A model generated the notes under the pieces. The model was not told the origin of the DNA. It searched no databases and saw only the letters and a list, made by a program, of their open reading frames with translations. From NCBI GenBank assembly GCA_964371165.1, contig CAYJKR010000002.1, forward strand, positions 8,828-72,827: a stretch of DNA of 64,000 nucleotides, in the 5' to 3' direction. The stretch is from an uncultured Gammaproteobacteria bacterium (GTDB lineage: Bacteria; Patescibacteriota; Microgenomatia; UBA1406; GWC2-37-13). Of this stretch, positions 62,429 to 64,000 are shown one piece after another. A program made the translations under genes and the position numbers. Numbering within the stretch: the stretch's first letter is position 1; every line of letters starts with the position of its first letter.

Positions 62429-63390
62429 TGAAAAAAATAATTATTTTTCTTTCTGTTATCGCCGTCTTGGGCGTTACCTCCTATCTTTATTTCCGCGAAG
62501 GGACACTCCCGGTAAATCGGGCCGACAAAACATCAAAAATATTTGTCATTCCTCGGGGCGAGTCTCTCCAGAATGTGGTTGACTCTTTGTACAAAGAAGA
62601 CTTTATCAGGAGCAAATTGGTATTTTATCTCATCGTCAAACTAAAAGGTACCGACCGGCAAATCCAGGCGGGCGACTTTCGTTTGAATCCCTCGATGAAT
62701 GCCTATGAAATCGCCGAAGCCTTGACCCACGGGACGCTCGACGCCTGGGTAACGTTAATTGAAGGAACGAGGCGCGAGGAAATGGCCCAGGTAATAGGCC
62801 ACGAACTAGATATTCCCGAGGTCGAAATCATCGCCAACTCCAAGGAAGGTTATCTTTTCCCCGACACTTATCTTCTCCCCAAAGACGCCAGCGCCGCCGC
62901 AATCGTCGCCATTCTGGAAAATAACTTTGACCAGAAATTTACTCCCGAGCTCAAGGCCAAGGCCGCCGAAATCGGGCTAAGCGATAAAGAGGCGATTATT
63001 CTCGCCTCGATTGTCGAAAAAGAAGCCAAGCATGCCGCCGACAAAAAAACGGTTGCCAGCGTTCTTTTGAAGAGACTGGAAGCGGGCTGGCCCTTACAGG
63101 TTGACGCGACAATTCAGTACGCCCTGGGTTATCAATCGGCGGAAAAAAGCTGGTGGAAAGAAGTCCTATCCTTTGACGATTTGGAGATCGATTCGCCCTA
63201 TAACTCTTATTTAAACAAAGGACTTCCCCCGGCGCCGATTTCTAATCCCGGCCTCACTTCAATTGAAGCGGCCGTCGAGGCCGATAGTACCACGCCCTAC
63301 TGGTTTTACCTGTCGGACAAACAAGGCAATATGCACTTCGCAAAGACGGACGTTGAACACCAGGAAAATATCAGAAAATACTTGCAGTAA
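62428..63390 (+). CDS. mltG: endolytic murein transglycosylase MltG (YceG)
   Basis: 320 aa with an N-terminal TM helix. Contains EGYLFPDTY, ASIVEKEA and SPYNSYLNKGLPPAPISNPG blocks. Confidence 0.9.
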   Translation: MKKIIIFLSVIAVLGVTSYLYFREGTLPVNRADKTSKIFVIPRGESLQNVVDSLYKEDFIRSKLVFYLIVKLKGTDRQIQAGDFRLNPSMNAYEIAEALTHGTLDAWVTLIEGTRREEMAQVIGHELDIPEVEIIANSKEGYLFPDTYLLPKDASAAAIVAILENNFDQKFTPELKAKAAEIGLSDKEAIILASIVEKEAKHAADKKTVASVLLKRLEAGWPLQVDATIQYALGYQSAEKSWWKEVLSFDDLEIDSPYNSYLNKGLPPAPISNPGLTSIEAAVEADSTTPYWFYLSDKQGNMHFAKTDVEHQENIRKYLQ

Positions 63391-63393
63391 TTT

Positions 63394-64000
63394 ATGTCGA
63401 AATACTATAACGGAAAAAGAAAAAATAATATCTATACTCCGGGGGCGCTCTATCCGTTTCGCTTGAGCCGGTCAAAGATTGACCTGTTCATGAACTGCCC
63501 GCGGTGTTTCTATCTGGACCGAAGGCTCGGCGTTGCCCAACCGCCTGGTTATCCATTTTCCCTAAACTCCGCCGTCGACAAGCTCTTAAAAAAAGAGTTC
63601 GACATCCATAGAGCCAAGGGCGACGCCCACCCACTTATGAAAGCCTATAATATCGACGCCATTCCTTTTAAAGACCAAAAGATGAACGAATGGAGAGACG
63701 CCCTGCGCGGGGGCATCACCCATTTACACAAGCCGACTAATTTGTTTGTTACCGGAGGAATCGACGACGTCTGGGTCGCCCCCTCGGGCGAATTGATCAT
63801 TGTCGATTACAAGGCGACCTCAAAAGAAGAGGAGGTCACCCTCGACGCCGAATGGCAGATTGGCTACAAAAGGCAGATGGAAATCTACCAGTGGCTCTTC
63901 CGCCAAAATGGTTACAAGGTCTCCGACACCGGCTACTTCGTCTATGCCAACGGCATAACCGACAAACAGGCTTTTGACGGAAAGCTTGAGTTCGATATTA
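63394..64000 (+). CDS. PD-(D/E)XK nuclease superfamily protein (Cas4/RecB-like), partial
   Basis: Own translation from ATG 63394 gives MSKYYNGKRKNNIYTPG...CPRCFY...GGIDDVWVAPSGELIIVDYKATSK...YKRQMEIYQW, i.e. a D...(D/E)xK...QxxxY arrangement. The frame stays open to the window end. Confidence 0.6.
   Translation, partial: MSKYYNGKRKNNIYTPGALYPFRLSRSKIDLFMNCPRCFYLDRRLGVAQPPGYPFSLNSAVDKLLKKEFDIHRAKGDAHPLMKAYNIDAIPFKDQKMNEWRDALRGGITHLHKPTNLFVTGGIDDVWVAPSGELIIVDYKATSKEEEVTLDAEWQIGYKRQMEIYQWLFRQNGYKVSDTGYFVYANGITDKQAFDGKLEFDI

Overview
This window is a compact, almost fully coding bacterial segment. By inference it looks like a reduced-genome Patescibacteria/CPR-type organism: genes are short or truncated, there is an archaeal-type AMP/thymidine phosphorylase, and gene overlaps are tight. 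Contents from left to right:
- F-type ATP synthase operon (atpG-A-H-F-E-B plus an atpI-like gene)
- dnaE
- an AsnB fused to a CofE-like ligase domain
- htpX and lemA
- a small, visibly AT-rich accessory patch next to tRNA-Asp
- msrAB
- four tRNAs: Asp-GUC, Gly-CCC, Thr-CGU, Val-CAC
- a roughly 12 kb cell-surface glycan cluster holding GT2/GT4 enzymes, a GT2-flippase fusion, an O-antigen-ligase-like protein, a phosphodiester glycosidase, a Fic protein and a large surface-anchored propeller-lipase protein
- lepB, rplU-rpmA, a SEDS protein and ileS
- a roughly 26 kb expanded dcw/peptidoglycan supercluster (mraZ to ftsZ on the minus strand, with divergent murJ, phosphorylase and mltG).

The most interesting signal is a clear cobalamin (B12) riboswitch on the minus strand (about 43229-43385). 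It sits inside the dcw cluster and immediately precedes an uncharacterised 373-aa zinc-ribbon protein inserted between ftsW and murG.

Other observations:
- -10 hexamers lie 6-9 nt from start codons and from tRNA 5' ends, suggesting leaderless transcripts.
- A conserved 73-nt element is duplicated upstream of two surface-related genes.
- An M29 aminopeptidase is split at an A7 slippery run and is restored by a -1 shift.
- Several domain fusions are unusual.

No CRISPR array, rRNA, transposase or integrase was seen.
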